DNA of 64,000 nucleotides from Synechococcales cyanobacterium S06 (GTDB lineage Bacteria > Cyanobacteriota > Cyanobacteriia > Cyanobacteriales > JAABRE01). This document shows, piece after piece, positions 7,349-16,683 of this stretch. The position numbers and the translations under genes were made by a program. Under the pieces are notes generated by a model. The model was given only the letters and a program-made list of their open reading frames with translations. It ran no database searches and was not told where the DNA came from. The DNA lies in contig JAABRE010000007.1 in the NCBI GenBank assembly GCA_011391125.1, positions 30,660-94,659 on the forward strand. Reading direction: 5' to 3'. Each line of letters begins with the position of its first letter. Position 1 is the stretch's first letter.

Positions 7349-9451
7349 TTATTCACCTCCCAAAAATAGTAGCGCCGCAATTCCTATTACTTTTCCTATT
7401 GTTTCTAATTTTTGTGCCAAATCTATCTCTTCAATTTTTTTGATTAATTCATTGAGAATGGGATTATTGTAATCTATTTCTTTTAGTTTTCTTAATTCAT
7501 TTAATCCTGTATCAAGACTAATTTCATCATCTGCTAATTTACTTCCAATTTCCCTAGTTTTATATTCCACAAAATAACTTTTAGCTGCTTGAGTTGCTAA
7601 TAATTCATGCCAAAATTTAGCAAATTCTAAATGTTCATTAAATTCATCTATTTCTTGACGTTGTTTCTGACAAAGTTTCTCTATATTTTCTCTCCATTCA
7701 TTATTATTTGTAATCCCTCTTTTTGCCTGTTTTAAAGCAGTTTTTCCTTTGCGCCAATTATACTGTTGTAAGTGATAACTTCCCTCATGGTAGCAGACTA
7801 AATCATAAGCAAAGTTTTCTGTTTCTGATACAGGATTTTTAGAGGGTTTTATTTGTATCGCGCGTTTAATATCATTCTCCAAACAAGCTGCTACAGCTTT
7901 CCCCCAATCTGTATATAATGCTCCCCAAATTTTAGTGGGAAATATTATCACAGGTAATTTATGTGAATATGTTTCATAACATCCGGGAGTAATAAATATT
8001 TCCTTAATTCTGATACCACAATTTGGCATATCTACTATTAGGTTTAAAGCGAATTTTTCTTGGCGATAAATATCTCGTAATTCAAAATATTTATCTAAAT
8101 TTATATCTTTATAGTTGTCAATTAATCTTTCGATTAAGTCTTTAATTTTACTCGCAATTTCTACTAAGTTAATTATTTTAATTCCTAACCAACGAATATT
8201 TTTTAACGCTGGATTTATTTCTATATTTGCTAAAGCTGTTGACCATGTTACTATTAATTTAGCTAGTTGATCGCTATCTATTTGTGCATAATAATAAAGG
8301 GCGATCACTAGATTGTGTAATGAAACAATATCTAGTCTTTCTAACCAGTTGTTTTCTGTTTGATTGACTATTTTTTCCCATTCTTTATTTGTCCAAATTT
8401 GATTATCTAAACGGGGTTTAATATGGGATTCTAAATTCTCGGTGACAAGAGGATCATTACCAAATCTTTCGATAAATCTTAAGCTAGTTTTTTCTGCATT
8501 TTCCAACTTATCTTGTGTGACAAAATCCTGAATGGTTTTCTTTACTAATAAACGCTGACGTTCAGCCATAATTTTTAGTGTTTCTTTTTGTTTTTTCAAA
8601 GTATAATTAGTTATATTTTTCCATTCTTTTTGTGCTTTTTGTAAGTCTCCTTGTTTAGCATAAATTAAACCACGATAATATTTAGCAGTTTCTGTGTTGA
8701 TATTTTGCAGATATTTAATAGCTTGATTAAAGTCATCTTGGTTAAAGTATAAAATAGCTAAACGTTGACGAGATTCTGTCAATTCTGGTAAACTTTCTAA
8801 GGCTTTTTCATAGTTAAAAATAGCTTCTTTTATTTGTCTATTTTTATCATAATTTAAGGCTTGCTTAAAATATTGTTTACCTACTAATATTCTATTTAAG
8901 TTATCAAGATAATCTTCACCGTCAGGATGTTTAAACATATCATAAACAAGTTTAAATTGAGTTATTGCTTCTGAAATATTACCATTTTGAGCTGTTTTTT
9001 TACTATTCTCAAAACCAAGATAATATTCTTTACTTAATTCTATTTTTTCTGAACAATCTTTAATTAGATGCTCAATTTCTTCTGTAACAAAAAATCTTTT
9101 AGCGGATTGAAAATTATATAAAGCGCCTTCAAATTGCCAACTTTTTTTTAATTGTTTACCCGTTTGAAATAGTTTTTGGAATTGCTCTCTTTTATTGATT
9201 TCATTTTTACAAGATTGAATGAATGTATTATATTCCGGTATTTTTACCAGTTTATACGCTTTTTCATATAACCTTAATGCTTCCTTTAAAGGATGAATAT
9301 GAATATTTGAGGAAGAATTTAAGGCCTCATTCTCTATTTTTTTTGCTTCTTTTACTATTTGTTTACTTTCTTTTAATTGCTTTTGATATTCTAATTTACC
9401 TAGAATGAAAAGCAAAGCAAGTACACCCAAAATAAAGATAATAATTAACAT
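7349..9451 (-). CDS. Membrane-anchored TPR-like repeat protein (700 aa)
   Basis: It has an N-terminal TM helix (LIIIFILGVLALLFILG). TPR-like A/Y/L periodicity appears in about residues 40-290 (e.g. AIFNYEKALESLPE, QAIKYLQNI, AKYYRGLIYAKQGDLQKAQKEW). About 350 aa cannot be assigned. The C-terminus is short and hydrophobic (VIGIAALLFLGG). Confidence 0.7.
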   Translation of the reverse strand: MLIIIFILGVLALLFILGKLEYQKQLKESKQIVKEAKKIENEALNSSSNIHIHPLKEALRLYEKAYKLVKIPEYNTFIQSCKNEINKREQFQKLFQTGKQLKKSWQFEGALYNFQSAKRFFVTEEIEHLIKDCSEKIELSKEYYLGFENSKKTAQNGNISEAITQFKLVYDMFKHPDGEDYLDNLNRILVGKQYFKQALNYDKNRQIKEAIFNYEKALESLPELTESRQRLAILYFNQDDFNQAIKYLQNINTETAKYYRGLIYAKQGDLQKAQKEWKNITNYTLKKQKETLKIMAERQRLLVKKTIQDFVTQDKLENAEKTSLRFIERFGNDPLVTENLESHIKPRLDNQIWTNKEWEKIVNQTENNWLERLDIVSLHNLVIALYYYAQIDSDQLAKLIVTWSTALANIEINPALKNIRWLGIKIINLVEIASKIKDLIERLIDNYKDINLDKYFELRDIYRQEKFALNLIVDMPNCGIRIKEIFITPGCYETYSHKLPVIIFPTKIWGALYTDWGKAVAACLENDIKRAIQIKPSKNPVSETENFAYDLVCYHEGSYHLQQYNWRKGKTALKQAKRGITNNNEWRENIEKLCQKQRQEIDEFNEHLEFAKFWHELLATQAAKSYFVEYKTREIGSKLADDEISLDTGLNELRKLKEIDYNNPILNELIKKIEEIDLAQKLETIGKVIGIAALLFLGGE

Positions 9452-9474
9452 GATTACCTCCTAATTTTTAATGA

Positions 9475-10014
9475 TTATTTAACTGAACAATTATTTTCTA
9501 CATTCGGAATTAATAATTTATCCCCAATTTCTATCTCATTTTCTCTTCCTTTTAACTGGGGATTATTCTCAAGAATTAAGTTAATTAAATTACTATCACC
9601 ATAAAATTTATCGGCAATTAAAAATAAAGAATCTCCTTTTTGAACCGTATAATTAAAAGCACTTAAGCATGGTTTTTGTGTGGTTTTTGCTGTGGGTTTT
9701 TCCGATGGTTTTTCTGGTTCATTTTTAACTATTACTGGTTTTTCGACAGGAGGTTTTACAGCTTCTTCTTTAGCAAAAAATACTGTACTAACACCAAAAA
9801 TTAAGCTCAAAGCAATAACTATTATTACTATAATTTCTGTCATATTTAAGTTGATTTTTGTCGGTAATTTTGCTTCTTGTTCTGGCAATTCCGCTAACAT
9901 TCTTACTAAAGAAATATCCGTTTCACAATTAGGGCAGATATTCCCTTCAATCTCAGGGCGATCGCACACGGGACAAGTGATTTTCGTATTCATTGATATT
10001 TTCTCCATTGACAA
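9475..10014 (-). CDS. Zinc-ribbon / single-TM / LysM domain protein
   Basis: Zinc ribbon CPVCDRPEIEGNICPNCETD, TM helix IIVIIVIALSLIFGVSTVFFA, a Pro/Lys/Glu linker, then the LysM motif YTVQKGDSLFLIADKFYGDSNLINLILENNP...IEIGDKLLIP. The track start is TTG. ATG at 10008 or 9993 (the latter with GGAG upstream) are likelier starts. Confidence 0.75.
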   Translation of the reverse strand: MSMEKISMNTKITCPVCDRPEIEGNICPNCETDISLVRMLAELPEQEAKLPTKINLNMTEIIVIIVIALSLIFGVSTVFFAKEEAVKPPVEKPVIVKNEPEKPSEKPTAKTTQKPCLSAFNYTVQKGDSLFLIADKFYGDSNLINLILENNPQLKGRENEIEIGDKLLIPNVENNCSVK

Positions 10015-10017
10015 TTT

Positions 10018-10050
10018 AGAAATCCGATTTTTTCAAAAAATCGGATTTCT
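10018..10050. repeat. Perfect 33-nt palindrome (16-bp arms) AGAAATCCGATTTTTT-C-AAAAAATCGGATTTCT
   Basis: Read directly. It sits between the Hsp70-like stop (10057-10059) and the start region of the LysM gene. Related palindromes lie at 40934-40964 and 56752-56784. Confidence 0.9.
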
Positions 10051-10056
10051 GGTTAA

Positions 10057-12267
10057 TTAACGAGTTAATCCTGTATAAATGTTACCAGTAGGTAATTTTT
10101 GCTCTAAATATGGCTCAATTTCTGGTAATAATTCCTGTAAAATATAAACACATTGATCACTATCACCATATTTTAAACTATTAAGTAAATTGGCAAATTT
10201 ATTCGTCATTAAATTAGCATGGGTAGGATTAATTTGATTCGCTTTTGCAATACCTCGCCGAGAAAGTAAGATGATGGTGACCATTTCAGGTAAATTCTCA
10301 TATTCTTGTTGACAATCTTCAGCCAATTTTTGCAGTGCTGAAATATTATTTGAAGCAAGAGCCTTTTCTAATTCCTCAATTAATTTGCGTAACCTTCTTT
10401 GTTGCGATTCCTCAATTACGGTGTCACAATATTCAAGGGCAAATTCAAACTCATTGATAAAATATTTAGCGATTTCATGGTCATCATTAGCAAAAATTTC
10501 CAATTCTTGAAGTTTTTGTTGAGCTACTCTGAGTCGATCTTCTTTGATTCTACCATCTCGATCTCGTATTTGATTAGCAGCCCTAATCACTTCCCCCGCA
10601 ATTTTATAACCCCGTTTAGCTCCTGTTTCTGTCAACTCTCCTTCCTCGTTTAGTTCAGCAATTCTCGCTTCAACTTTGCGGGAAATTTCTTCATCAGCGT
10701 TACCACGGGAAAAAGAAGCACTAACTTTAACGGAAGGATCATTTTTCAAAGCAGCTGTTATCTGCAAAGAACCATTTTTTTCATCTAATTCCGCAGTTAC
10801 CAAAACTTCTGTACCCTTGGGATAAGCTTGATCTAAGGCTAACCACATATCCCCTAAACGTTCATCATTTTTGCGCAAATCCAGACTTTCACTGACTTGA
10901 TCAGGACTGAAAAATTTAAAATGAATCAACTCCTGTCCATCTGCTTCGGTTTTAAAGGTATGTGACTTGATCACGGGCAAAATGTCACCCTGATTAATCA
11001 AAGGAAATCTGGGATTATCCACCAATTCGAGGAAATAATCCCGGGAAACTGTGCCGACTTTTTCTGTCAACCCAGCAGCCACGATCGCCGCTCCTTCGGC
11101 CACTGCATACATTGGCCGAGGATGCACTACGACTTTATCGCCAAATGCTTTCCTGACTTTTTGCTGCACTAAAGGAATTTGCGATGAACCGCCCACCAAT
11201 AAAACCACATCGATCATATCTTCAGGATAATCTGAATATTTAATCGCATCTTGACAAATGGCAATACTCCGTTCCACCAAAGGTAAAATCAACTTTTCAA
11301 AATCTTGACGGGTAATTTCGACATCAAGATTGATCGCCATACCTAGTTCATCTAAAAGCGGTGTGGAAGGCAGTATTTTTGCAGTTTTAGCCTTACTAAG
11401 CTGGATTTTTGCTTTTTCAGCCTCCATTTTTAAATCCGCTTTAAACCGCACTTTCTGATAGTAAGGCATACTTCCAATTAATTCGTCAATATTATCTAAA
11501 TCCTCGCTTTGGGCGACTTTTTGCTTGACAAACTCAATAATCAAGTCGTCAATGTCATCACCCCCTAACCACAAATCCCCCGCTTTACTTGACTCAATAA
11601 ACTGGTTTCCTGATGCTGTAATCAAAGATGAATCAAACGTCCCTCCCCCGAAGTCATAGACTAAAATCGTTTTGACATCATCAGAATTGGGACTATAACC
11701 GTAGGAAATAGCCGCCGCAGTGGGTTCGGGTAAAAGTTCAGGTTGACCTAAACCTGCTCTTTGCGCTGCCATTTGGGTTGCGTAGCGTTGTTTATCATTG
11801 AAATATGCGGGAATAGTCACCACAGCTTGGGTAATTTTTTGCTGTTGACCCCTTTGCTGTTGGTAATTTTGAGCATTCTGCACCACTTTTTTGATAATTT
11901 CGGCGGAAATGTCCTCTGGTTGATATTCCTTGCCATCTAACCAGACGGAAATTGCGTTTTCTGTACCTTGACTGGGTTTACTAATCTTATAACCGAAACG
12001 GCCTAACTGTTTTTGTACCACTTCATCGCCAAAACCCCTACCCATTAAGCGTTTAATGGACATAATTACGTTTTCTGCATCTTGTTTTAACTGATTGTAG
12101 GCATTTTCCCCGACAATAATTTGATTATTCTGTAAAGATACCACGGAGCGAGTTAACTTCCTGTCTGGTGGGGGATTGTCGGGAGCTGTCACGACTTCTG
12201 TATCCGAAAACTTAAACGCAGCCACCGAGTTGGTTGTACCTAGATCAATCCCTACAATATTACCCAT
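10057..12267 (-). CDS. Atypical Hsp70-family ATPase (736 aa) with a non-canonical C-terminal region
   Basis: Actin-fold/Hsp70 motifs are present: [55 protein letters not shown] beta-rich substrate-domain-like segment follows. The last ~200 aa are helical, unlike the DnaK lid, and there is no EEVD-like tail. Confidence 0.9.
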   Translation of the reverse strand: MGNIVGIDLGTTNSVAAFKFSDTEVVTAPDNPPPDRKLTRSVVSLQNNQIIVGENAYNQLKQDAENVIMSIKRLMGRGFGDEVVQKQLGRFGYKISKPSQGTENAISVWLDGKEYQPEDISAEIIKKVVQNAQNYQQQRGQQQKITQAVVTIPAYFNDKQRYATQMAAQRAGLGQPELLPEPTAAAISYGYSPNSDDVKTILVYDFGGGTFDSSLITASGNQFIESSKAGDLWLGGDDIDDLIIEFVKQKVAQSEDLDNIDELIGSMPYYQKVRFKADLKMEAEKAKIQLSKAKTAKILPSTPLLDELGMAINLDVEITRQDFEKLILPLVERSIAICQDAIKYSDYPEDMIDVVLLVGGSSQIPLVQQKVRKAFGDKVVVHPRPMYAVAEGAAIVAAGLTEKVGTVSRDYFLELVDNPRFPLINQGDILPVIKSHTFKTEADGQELIHFKFFSPDQVSESLDLRKNDERLGDMWLALDQAYPKGTEVLVTAELDEKNGSLQITAALKNDPSVKVSASFSRGNADEEISRKVEARIAELNEEGELTETGAKRGYKIAGEVIRAANQIRDRDGRIKEDRLRVAQQKLQELEIFANDDHEIAKYFINEFEFALEYCDTVIEESQQRRLRKLIEELEKALASNNISALQKLAEDCQQEYENLPEMVTIILLSRRGIAKANQINPTHANLMTNKFANLLNSLKYGDSDQCVYILQELLPEIEPYLEQKLPTGNIYTGLTR

Positions 12268-12525
12268 TTGGTCTCCTTAAATTGGTTCTTTTTACTTATC
12301 TTGTCGAGTTTCAAAATTTATGCAGTTTTTCAAAAAAATTTTTCAAAATTAATTATAGATCAATTTTGTTTTTTTTTCAAAATAAGGAGAGCGCTTTAGC
12401 GCAACAACGAGCCTTGTTAATACATATTTATAAACATATTTCTGTATAAATTGTTACAAAATACGAAAATTATTAAAATTGTGATTTTTGGAAAGGAATT
12501 ATTATAATCAAAATAGACCTATTAT

Positions 12526-13107
12526 TTGTTAGTTAAAATTATGGTTGCTCAAATAACGAAAACAACTTATTCCATTGCGGAATATTTGGAATTAGAAGAA
12601 AAAGCCGAGACAAGAAATGAGTTTATTAATGGGGAGATAATTGCTATGGCTGGAGGAACAACTAATCACAATTTGGTGACGGGTAATATGTATTTAGCTT
12701 TAAGATTAGGTCTAAAAGGTAAAAAAACCCCAGTTTACATTGAAAATGTGCGAGTATTTATCGCTGAATATAACATTTTTACCTATCCTGATGTGATGGT
12801 AATGGCGGGAGAACCAATCTATTATACGGAGAGTAAAACCACAGTAATTAATCCCGTTGTTATCATTGAAGTTTTATCCGATTCGACTAAAGATTATGAT
12901 TTAGGTCGAAAATTTGGTTATTATCGCTCCTTAGAAAGTTTACAGGAATATGTGTTAATTGAACCTGAAGACAGGTTAATTATGATTTATCGACGAGGTA
13001 ATTCTAAACAGTGGTCATTGGATATTCTTGACAGGGAAACTGATATTTTGCAGTTAACGACAATAAGTTTAGATATTCCCTTGTCTGAGATTTATGAAGG
13101 GATTTAA
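12526..13107 (+). CDS. Uma2 family (DUF820) endonuclease
   Basis: EYLELEEKAETRNEFINGEIIAMAGGTTNHNLVTGN...YPDVMV...PVVIIEVLSDST..YD...K...Y is the Uma2 PD-(D/E)xK pattern. The track start is TTG; ATG at 12541 is more likely. Confidence 0.85.
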   Translation: MLVKIMVAQITKTTYSIAEYLELEEKAETRNEFINGEIIAMAGGTTNHNLVTGNMYLALRLGLKGKKTPVYIENVRVFIAEYNIFTYPDVMVMAGEPIYYTESKTTVINPVVIIEVLSDSTKDYDLGRKFGYYRSLESLQEYVLIEPEDRLIMIYRRGNSKQWSLDILDRETDILQLTTISLDIPLSEIYEGI

Positions 13108-13156
13108 TATTTTTTTAACCTCCTTAATTGTTAATTATTAACAAGTTTTTTACCTC

Positions 13157-16100
13157 CTAAATTTGTGAATTTTCAATTGCTAAATGAATCAGTCCTAGCC
13201 ATTCGATTAAACTGTCAAGTTGCTTATCTGCGTGGGCCATCCCTAAACCCCTGACGGTGACTTTTTTCGGACTATAAATAAAACGGGTTTGGAGATGGGT
13301 AGGTAATTTTTCCTGTAGTTTTTTCCAAGCTGGTTCTTCCATGGGAGTTTCGAGGACAATATGTTGTTTTGCTTCGGGTTTTATACGCGAAAATCCTAAT
13401 GATTTGGCCATTTGTTTTAACTCCGCTATTTTTAATAATTGATTTACGGGAGTGGGTAAATTTCCGTAGCGATCGCACCATTCTGCGGCAATTTGTATCA
13501 ATTCTTTCTTAGAGTTAGCTACAGCAATTGCACGATAAGCATCCATTTTTTGCTCTAAATCTGATATATATTCACTGGGAATAAAGGCTGTTAATTTTAA
13601 ATCAATTTGGGTATCTTCCACTTGGGGAATTTCTTGACCTTGAATTTCTTTGATGGCTTCTTGCAGCATTTCCATGTACAATTCAAAACCGATCGCCTCC
13701 ATTTGGCCTGATTGTTCAGTACCCAAAATATTGCCGACTCCGCGAATTTCCATATCCCTCATGGCCAGTTGATAACCTGACCCTAATTGACTAAATTCTT
13801 GTAATGCGCGAAGTCGTTTTCTGGCTACATCGGAGAGGGTTTCTTGATTAGGATATAAGAGAAAAGCATTAGCTTGAACACCTGAACGACCTACTCTCCC
13901 TCGCAGTTGATAGAGTTGAGATAAACCGAATTTTTGTGCATCTTCAATAATAATAGTATTGACTCGGGGAATGTCTAAACCTGACTCAACAATAGTCGTA
14001 CAAACTAATATGTCATACTCGCCATTATTGACTCCTAACATAGTAGCTTCCAGTTCATTTTCGTCCAGTTGACCATGACCAATGGCAATCCTTGCACTGG
14101 GGATCATTTCTCTAATTTGTGCGGCTATTTCTTCGATACCATCTATTCGGGGAACCACATAAAAAACCTGTCCTCCTCTGTCCAATTCATTTCGAATTGC
14201 TGTCCTAATTACTTCAGGATTGTAAGGAGAAACATGGGTTTTTATTGGTCTTCGAGAAGGAGGAGGAGTGGCGATAATACTCATTTCGCGGATTCCCGAT
14301 AAGGACATATATAAAGTCCTTGGAATTGGTGTTGCAGTTAAGGTTAGGACATCAATTTGTGCTTTTATGGATTTAATTTTTTCTTTTTGATTAACACCAA
14401 ATCTCTGTTCTTCGTCGATAACCAATAATCCGAGGTCTCGATATTTTATCTCTTTTCCTAATAGTAATTGTGTTCCTACTACTATGTCTAATTCTCCTGT
14501 TGCTAATCGTTTCAGGATTTCCTGTCTTTCTGATTGGGTTCTAAACCGATTTAACAGTCCAATATTGATAGGATAGGGGGCAAATCTTTCCTTGAGGGTA
14601 TGGTAATGTTGCTGAGTTAAAATGGTTGTTGGCGCTAACACCGCTACCTGTTTATTCCCCGTAGTTATGGCCTTGAAAATTGCCCTGATTGCTACTTCAG
14701 TTTTGCCAAAACCCACGTCTCCGCAGACTAATCTGTCCATGGGGCGATCGCTTTCTAAATCCCTCTTGACATCTTGAACAGCTTTCAATTGATCGGGGGT
14801 TGGTTGGTAAGGAAAAGAATCTTCTAATTCCTGTTGCCAAGGTAAATCGGCCGGATAAGCATAACCGGTTTTTTCTGAACGTTTCGCATAAATTTGTAGG
14901 AGGTCAACTGCTAATTTACTGACCGATTTTCTGACCTTATTTTTAACACCTTCCCAAGCTTTTCCTGACATTTTATGGAGTTGAGGAGGCTTACTTTCGG
15001 GATAACGGTAACGGGAAATCAATTCTAAAGCATCTGCTGGCACTCTCAGCAACCCATCGCTATATTCTATTACTAAATATTCCCGAATTTCGAGGTTTTC
15101 TAGTTTTAAAAACTTACCAATTCCGTGATGTTTATGGACCACATAATCACCCTGTCTTAATTTATTAACATCAACCTGTTTAGAAGTAGCTCGACGACGT
15201 TTTCTAATATAACCGGCTGTCCCTAAATGATGCTGTCCATAAAATTCGCGATCGGTGACAACAACTAAGCGAAAAGTCGGCAAAATAAAGCCTTCTAATT
15301 CCGCTAAACCGGAATATTTTAAAGCTACTGCCGTATTGCGATTTTGTTCGCGATCGATCGCCTGATAATCTTTGGGATTCGGTACAAATAGGGCAGGACA
15401 ATCATGTTCTTGTAACAGGGAAACTGAACGCGAAGGTTGAGCAGAAATTAACCAACGGGCATATTTTTCTAAATTCATTCCTTGATAAATGTCTCTTTTT
15501 CCCCTTAAGATTTCTCCTAATTTGGCAAATTGATGGGGGGTGACAGGTACAGGCCGACTTGCTAAATTTATTGAGTTATTTTCCTCGGCTATTTCTGATA
15601 AAAATAAGCGAGAAAATGGAGACATTTTTTCTAAAGATTCGTCAAAATTGCGGTGAATTTTTGCTAGTTTTGCCCCGACTTCTTTCGAATACAATTGCCA
15701 TTGTTCCTCCGTATGCTCCACCCAAACTCGACTATGCGCTCTACATTGCTCCTCCTCATCAATGGCAATTAGGGTATTTTGGAGTAAATAATCTAATAAA
15801 GAGGCTGGACAGGGAAAAGCTGCTCCTAATAAGCGTTGTATCCCTTCTGTGTCTTCTCCCTCTGCAATTTGCAGCTTATCTACAATAAGCGGTGTAAAGC
15901 TAGTCGGGGTAAGGGATAGCTGGTCAATACCGTCCAGCGATCGTTGACTGGTGGAATCAAATTCTCTGATTTTTTCTACTTGATCGCCGAAAAATTCCAA
16001 ACGAACTGGTAATTCAGCGGAAACTGGGAAAATATCAATTAAATCGCCTCTTTTTGCCCATTGGCCCTCGGTTTCGACTAAATTTACCCGTTTATAACCT

Positions 16101-16582
16101 AATTTTGTCAGTTTTTCCCCAATTTCTAAGGATTTCAGGGTCATTCCCGTCGTTAAATTCAGACAATATTGCTGGAAAATTTCAGCCGGTGGCAAATGTG
16201 GTTGTAAAGCTCTCTCCGTTGCCACGATTGTCCAAGGTTCGGTTGTTAAGGCGATGGAAGACAATGTCTGCATCTGCCCCCAAATCATCTCTGATTCGGG
16301 GTTATACGGCTCATAGGGAGACGATTCGGAGGTGGGATAGAAAAAAACTTGTTGGCCACCGATCGCCTCTAAAATCGCTGTTTTGCGGGCAGCTTCTTCG
16401 ATGGTGGGACAGAGGATGAGGAGATTTTTTTGGTCAGATTGAGCTAAAGTAAAGGCAATTAAAGAAGATGGAAAACGAGGAAGACCACTTAGGCTCAAAG
16501 TGCCTTGGCCATTGAGTTTAGTTAATAATTCTTTAGTTAAAGAGGAACGGGATAAATAGCGAATTAAAGAAGAAAATGACAT
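13157..16582 (-). CDS. mfd: Transcription-repair coupling factor
   Basis: 1141 aa with Walker [12 protein letters not shown], the DEEQRFG box, a superfamily-2 helicase C-terminal region, an RNAP-interaction-type region ([13 protein letters not shown]) and a UvrB-like N-terminus. Confidence 0.95.
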   Translation of the reverse strand: MSFSSLIRYLSRSSLTKELLTKLNGQGTLSLSGLPRFPSSLIAFTLAQSDQKNLLILCPTIEEAARKTAILEAIGGQQVFFYPTSESSPYEPYNPESEMIWGQMQTLSSIALTTEPWTIVATERALQPHLPPAEIFQQYCLNLTTGMTLKSLEIGEKLTKLGYKRVNLVETEGQWAKRGDLIDIFPVSAELPVRLEFFGDQVEKIREFDSTSQRSLDGIDQLSLTPTSFTPLIVDKLQIAEGEDTEGIQRLLGAAFPCPASLLDYLLQNTLIAIDEEEQCRAHSRVWVEHTEEQWQLYSKEVGAKLAKIHRNFDESLEKMSPFSRLFLSEIAEENNSINLASRPVPVTPHQFAKLGEILRGKRDIYQGMNLEKYARWLISAQPSRSVSLLQEHDCPALFVPNPKDYQAIDREQNRNTAVALKYSGLAELEGFILPTFRLVVVTDREFYGQHHLGTAGYIRKRRRATSKQVDVNKLRQGDYVVHKHHGIGKFLKLENLEIREYLVIEYSDGLLRVPADALELISRYRYPESKPPQLHKMSGKAWEGVKNKVRKSVSKLAVDLLQIYAKRSEKTGYAYPADLPWQQELEDSFPYQPTPDQLKAVQDVKRDLESDRPMDRLVCGDVGFGKTEVAIRAIFKAITTGNKQVAVLAPTTILTQQHYHTLKERFAPYPINIGLLNRFRTQSERQEILKRLATGELDIVVGTQLLLGKEIKYRDLGLLVIDEEQRFGVNQKEKIKSIKAQIDVLTLTATPIPRTLYMSLSGIREMSIIATPPPSRRPIKTHVSPYNPEVIRTAIRNELDRGGQVFYVVPRIDGIEEIAAQIREMIPSARIAIGHGQLDENELEATMLGVNNGEYDILVCTTIVESGLDIPRVNTIIIEDAQKFGLSQLYQLRGRVGRSGVQANAFLLYPNQETLSDVARKRLRALQEFSQLGSGYQLAMRDMEIRGVGNILGTEQSGQMEAIGFELYMEMLQEAIKEIQGQEIPQVEDTQIDLKLTAFIPSEYISDLEQKMDAYRAIAVANSKKELIQIAAEWCDRYGNLPTPVNQLLKIAELKQMAKSLGFSRIKPEAKQHIVLETPMEEPAWKKLQEKLPTHLQTRFIYSPKKVTVRGLGMAHADKQLDSLIEWLGLIHLAIENSQI

Positions 16583-16683
16583 TTTTTATAAAAAGATTAA
16601 GTATAGAGAAAATTAACCATAATAAATAGCATACTAGATAAATAGATATTTACCAAGGTTGGCTTTAGGTCAAATAATAATAT

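Noticed and set aside
13272-16419. Five short ORFs inside mfd (13272-13481, 14069-14302, 15204-15401, 15559-15888, 16054-16419)
   Set aside because: All are nested in, or antisense to, the continuous 1141-aa mfd frame, which carries canonical helicase motifs.
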